In this document: piece after piece, positions 46,115 to 48,509 of the stretch | How positions within the stretch are numbered: position 1 is the first letter of the stretch | How the letters are laid out: each line of letters opens with the position of its first letter | DNA from: an uncultured Candidatus Peribacteria bacterium | Lineage (GTDB): Bacteria; Patescibacteriota; Gracilibacteria; UBA1369; LOWO2-01-FULL-3 | Direction: 5' to 3' | DNA length: 48,509 nt | Assembly (NCBI GenBank): GCA_964449945.1 | Contig: CAYVBX010000008.1 | Location: forward strand, 1 to 48,509 | Notes under the pieces: model-generated | The model's database searches: none | What the model saw: only the letters and a program-made list of their open reading frames with translations | What the model was told of the DNA's origin: nothing | Made by a program: the position numbers and the translations under genes

Positions 46115-46258
46115 CTATTCTATACAAGTACCAGAACCACAACCCTTGGTCGAAGCTGCGTAAGTAACCTCTTTAAAAAGTAACTCAGCTTCTTGAAAAT
46201 CCTTAACGGCAACTGCTTTATCATAAACATTGTTTTCAAAATCATTCAAGTTTTCCAT
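46115..46258 (-). CDS. Unannotated 47-aa candidate lanthipeptide precursor MENLNDFENNVYDKAVAVKDFQEAELLFKEVTYAASTKGCGSGTCIE
   Basis: The ATG lies 2 nt after the upstream stop, and the TAG lies 7 nt before the dehydratase ATG. An acidic, helical leader-like N-terminus is followed by a C-terminal 16 residues holding 5 Ser/Thr and 2 Cys in (S/T)xxC spacing. Confidence 0.6.
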   Translation of the reverse strand: MENLNDFENNVYDKAVAVKDFQEAELLFKEVTYAASTKGCGSGTCIE

Positions 46259-46260
46259 AT

Positions 46261-46725
46261 TTATTTTGTTAATAAATAATAGGATGACATTTTTTTCGGA
46301 CTCATTTCATTTACAATATCCATAAGCTCTTTTTCATCATCAGAAAGCTCGATTGTGATTTTTGATGCATTGTTGCTTTTTAAAAAATTCAACGCATGAG
46401 TAAATAATAGTTTTCTTACTTCAGAAGAATTTGGAGATTTTTCTGTCGAGTCATTTAGCAACAATACTAATATTTCCCCTCGATTATTTTGATTAAGAAC
46501 ATTTACAAATCCCAAAAAATCAATGTCTCCTGTATTTTCTCTACATACAAAATAAGAAAAATCAGAGTGTGTATTCATAATTCTTTCCATTACATGCTTT
46601 TTCATTATTTCCAAATCCGAAGTGTAATAATCTAAACCTAAGTTTTTGTTCAAATACTGATAATGAATACTTAGTAGTTCAGCAATTTTATGAGAGTCTG
46701 TAACAAGAGCTTTTTCTATTATCAT
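46261..46725 (-). CDS. Hypothetical protein, possibly a divergent GNAT-fold acyltransferase; first gene of the RiPP-like operon
   Basis: 154 aa. The layout (FLGFVNVL...GEILVLLLN...VRKLLFTHALNFLKSNNASKITIEL) is GNAT-like, but the acetyl-CoA Q/RxxGxG/A motif is not evident. Confidence 0.4.
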   Translation of the reverse strand: MIIEKALVTDSHKIAELLSIHYQYLNKNLGLDYYTSDLEIMKKHVMERIMNTHSDFSYFVCRENTGDIDFLGFVNVLNQNNRGEILVLLLNDSTEKSPNSSEVRKLLFTHALNFLKSNNASKITIELSDDEKELMDIVNEMSPKKMSSYYLLTK

Positions 46726-46784
46726 ATAATGAAGTTGGTTAAAATTACCTACAATATATATTTTGGCTCAAAAAACCACAAATC

Positions 46785-46799
46785 TTTTTTTTTTTTTTT
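46785..46799. repeat. Homopolymeric T15 (A15 on the minus strand) tract in the promoter region of the RiPP-like operon
   Basis: 15 consecutive T at 46785-46799, 60 nt upstream (minus-strand sense) of ATG 46725. Confidence 0.9.
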
Positions 46800-46956
46800 G
46801 AAATGACAAAAGTAGAAAAAGATTAATTACTAAGAAAATCCTAATTTATTTAGGGTTTTCTAAAATGTAATTATAGTTTACAAATAGTATTACTAAAGTT
46901 GTATTACGCTTGTATTTTGGTAATTTTATTAAAAATAAAAATCATAACCTTCGAGT

Positions 46957-46976
46957 AGTATACTTTAGAGTATACT
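46957..46976. promoter_or_regulatory. Two copies of the 8-bp palindrome AGTATACT spaced 12 bp centre to centre
   Basis: AGTATACT at 46957-46964 and 46969-46976, each self-complementary. They lie between the mazF stop (46989) and the next operon. Confidence 0.4.
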
Positions 46977-46988
46977 TATTTCTTATTT

Positions 46989-47321
46989 CTAAAACACAAA
47001 AGACAATTGTTCTTTAATCTTTCTAAACTGCATCATTGAAACACTACTCACTCTTTTTATTAACCTAGTTTTATCAATAGTTCTCATCTGAAAAAGCAAA
47101 ATCAATGAATCAATTTTAAGACCGCTAATGTTTTTTTCAAGAAAGAAAGTTGTGAAAAAACCTTTTCCTGAGGTGTTTGAAGTAATTGGCGCGATTATTA
47201 CGGTATTCAGATTTTTATTTAAATCATTGTTTTGAATAACTATTCCTGGTCTTATTCCGGACTGTTCATGTCCTTTAATCGGATTTAAATTAGCCAAATA
47301 TTATTCACCCTGTTTAATCAT
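46989..47321 (-). pseudogene. mazF: MazF/PemK-family toxin interrupted by an in-frame TAA at codon 7
   Basis: From ATG 47321 the frame reads MIKQGE-TAA-YLANLNPIKGHEQSGIRPGIVIQNN.... This matches the canonical MazF N-terminus (M.K.GEIYLA.LNP..G.EQ.G.RP) except for the stop at 47301-47303. The track ORF restarts at TTG 47297. Confidence 0.6.
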
Positions 47322-47322
47322 A

Positions 47323-47553
47323 TTAATCGATTTTACTTTGTATTAAATCCCAATTATCCTCATTGGGCAGATCGTCAAATTTCATTTTTGCAAGTTTTTT
47401 CAAATCACTATTCAGTTTTTTCTTAAACATTTCTTTGATGGCTTTTTCAACCAGTTGACTTTTTGAAATACCAGAATTTAAGCTAATTTTCTCAAGAGTC
47501 TCATTAAGTGACGGCATAATAGTAATGGATATTCTCTCTTTTATATTACTCAT
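47323..47553 (-). CDS. Ribbon-helix-helix (CopG-like) antitoxin
   Basis: 76 aa. ERISITIMPSLNETLEKISLNSGISKSQLVEKAI has an RHH pattern (beta strand followed by two helices). Its stop lies 1 nt before the toxin ATG. Confidence 0.7.
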   Translation of the reverse strand: MSNIKERISITIMPSLNETLEKISLNSGISKSQLVEKAIKEMFKKKLNSDLKKLAKMKFDDLPNEDNWDLIQSKID

Positions 47554-47607
47554 CTGTTCGTATTAATTGATATTACCTTAAAGTTTGCGTAAAAACTCAA
47601 GGCACTT

Positions 47608-48444
47608 TCAAACATTCATTCTACTAAGCGGACTCACCGTATTTGAGATCCCGCTTCGCGAAACTTTTGTATAAAGCTGGGTAGTCTGAATATCCCGATG
47701 CCCCAAAATTTCCTGAATGTATCTAAGGTTTGTGCCGTTCTCTAAGATATGCGATGCAAAGCTATGCCGAAGACAATGGAACGAGGCAAGCTTGTTTGCA
47801 CCTGTCTTAAATACTGCCCTACGAAAGACAATCTGAAGGGTCCGACTAGTCAAAATTCCACCACGATTACTCGGAAACAAAAACTCATTTTTATCCCGAT
47901 TTTGCGTAAAATTTTTAAGCTCATCTCTCATTGTTTCCGGCAAAATTGTAATTCTATTACGATTGCCCTTTGCCTGTCTGACATTGATTATTTTTTCTGC
48001 AAAATCCAGATCTGAAATTCTCAGTTTAACAACTTCACTAACCCGAAGACCGCTCCCATAAGCTAATGAGATAGCAAGCCGATGTTTTGTGTTTTTGAAC
48101 GATTGAATAATTCTAAAAATTTCCTCACGACTCAAAACAACGGGAAGTTTCAATGTCGTTTTAGCATGTCGCACATTCATTTTTTTCTCATAACCAATAA
48201 CATCGCGATAGAAAAACTTCACAGAATTTATGTAGAGATTGATAGTTTGCGGAGAAAGTTTTTTGTCGAGCAGATGGGAGACAAAGGACTTAAAACTAAA
48301 TTCATCATAGTTCTTAAGCGAAAATTCCTTAAACTCAAAATATTTTTTCGCATAGGCAAAATAATTAGCCTGAGTATAACGACTATAATTTCGAATCTTC
48401 ATCTCAAGTTTTAATAGTTGAAGGCACTCATCAATCTCAGCCAT
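47608..48444 (-). CDS. Tyrosine recombinase/integrase (XerC/D-like)
   Basis: 278 aa. An N-terminal SAM-like core-binding domain is followed by the catalytic residues: GLRVSEV (R), HCLRHSFASH (H-x-x-R) and LGHRDIQTTQLYTKV (H...Y). Confidence 0.85.
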   Translation of the reverse strand: MAEIDECLQLLKLEMKIRNYSRYTQANYFAYAKKYFEFKEFSLKNYDEFSFKSFVSHLLDKKLSPQTINLYINSVKFFYRDVIGYEKKMNVRHAKTTLKLPVVLSREEIFRIIQSFKNTKHRLAISLAYGSGLRVSEVVKLRISDLDFAEKIINVRQAKGNRNRITILPETMRDELKNFTQNRDKNEFLFPSNRGGILTSRTLQIVFRRAVFKTGANKLASFHCLRHSFASHILENGTNLRYIQEILGHRDIQTTQLYTKVSRSGISNTVSPLSRMNV

Positions 48445-48509
48445 AAAAAAATTTCAATTAATTGTAAAACCACCCAATTATATGCTATAAAGATTAAGAA
48501 ATTGTTAAA

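Noticed and set aside
1-48509. Possibility of an alternative genetic code with UGA read as Gly, as in Gracilibacteria/Absconditabacteria.
   Set aside because: TGA terminates well-delimited ORFs exactly where homologues end or where the next gene starts (for example 3501-3503 and 24569-24571). Conserved genes are uninterrupted under the standard code.
1-48509. CRISPR arrays, rRNA genes, IS elements or transposases.
   Set aside because: I saw no regularly spaced direct repeats, no rRNA-like conserved segments, and no DDE/transposase-like ORF or terminal inverted repeats. The only recombinase is the tyrosine integrase at 47608-48444.

Overview
This is a gene-dense, AT-rich 48.5 kb bacterial chromosomal window (roughly 30% GC by eye). 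It uses the standard genetic code: TGA clearly terminates ORFs, for example at 3501-3503 and 24569-24571. Most genes have no Shine-Dalgarno sequence. The gene content and the many small or membrane-anchored hypothetical proteins fit a reduced, CPR/Patescibacteria-like genome, but that is inference only. Recognisable housekeeping genes are lysS, dnaB, yraN, comM/yifB, murA, a ComEC-type MBL protein, argS carrying an unusual N-terminal B3/4 domain, two tRNA-Ser genes (UGA and CGA anticodons), a Nudix hydrolase, an LtaS/OpgB-type sulfatase-fold transferase, an AEC transporter, a type II P-type ATPase, a THUMP RNA methyltransferase, Sua5/TsaC and a malic enzyme. The accessory content stands out more, and six loci deserve attention. 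(1) At 44.8-46.7 kb on the minus strand there is a tight three-gene operon: a GNAT-like protein, an unannotated 47-codon Ser/Thr/Cys-containing peptide, and a stand-alone LanM-type dehydratase domain with no LanC cyclase. It sits next to an RHH/MazF toxin-antitoxin pair whose toxin carries an in-frame stop, and a tyrosine recombinase. (2) At 12.1-17.0 kb there is a four-gene operon built around a 1352-aa membrane protein with a Pro-rich linker and a LysM-like C-terminus. (3) At 29.6-29.8 kb there is a pheL-like Phe-rich leader ORF plus an attenuator-like terminator. It lies upstream of a ligase/acyl-transfer cluster (GCS2-like ligase, SDR, AstE/AspA deacylase, ATP-grasp, GNAT). (4) At 36.5-37.6 kb there is a GC-richer module that uses Shine-Dalgarno sequences and has canonical promoter and terminator signals. 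It looks foreign. (5) A 51-bp direct repeat (49/51 identical) duplicates the 5-prime end of a DUF1653 gene around a 2.5 kb segment. (6) Two envelope proteins share a Cys-rich C-terminal domain ending in DCINC. No CRISPR array, rRNA or transposase is visible.
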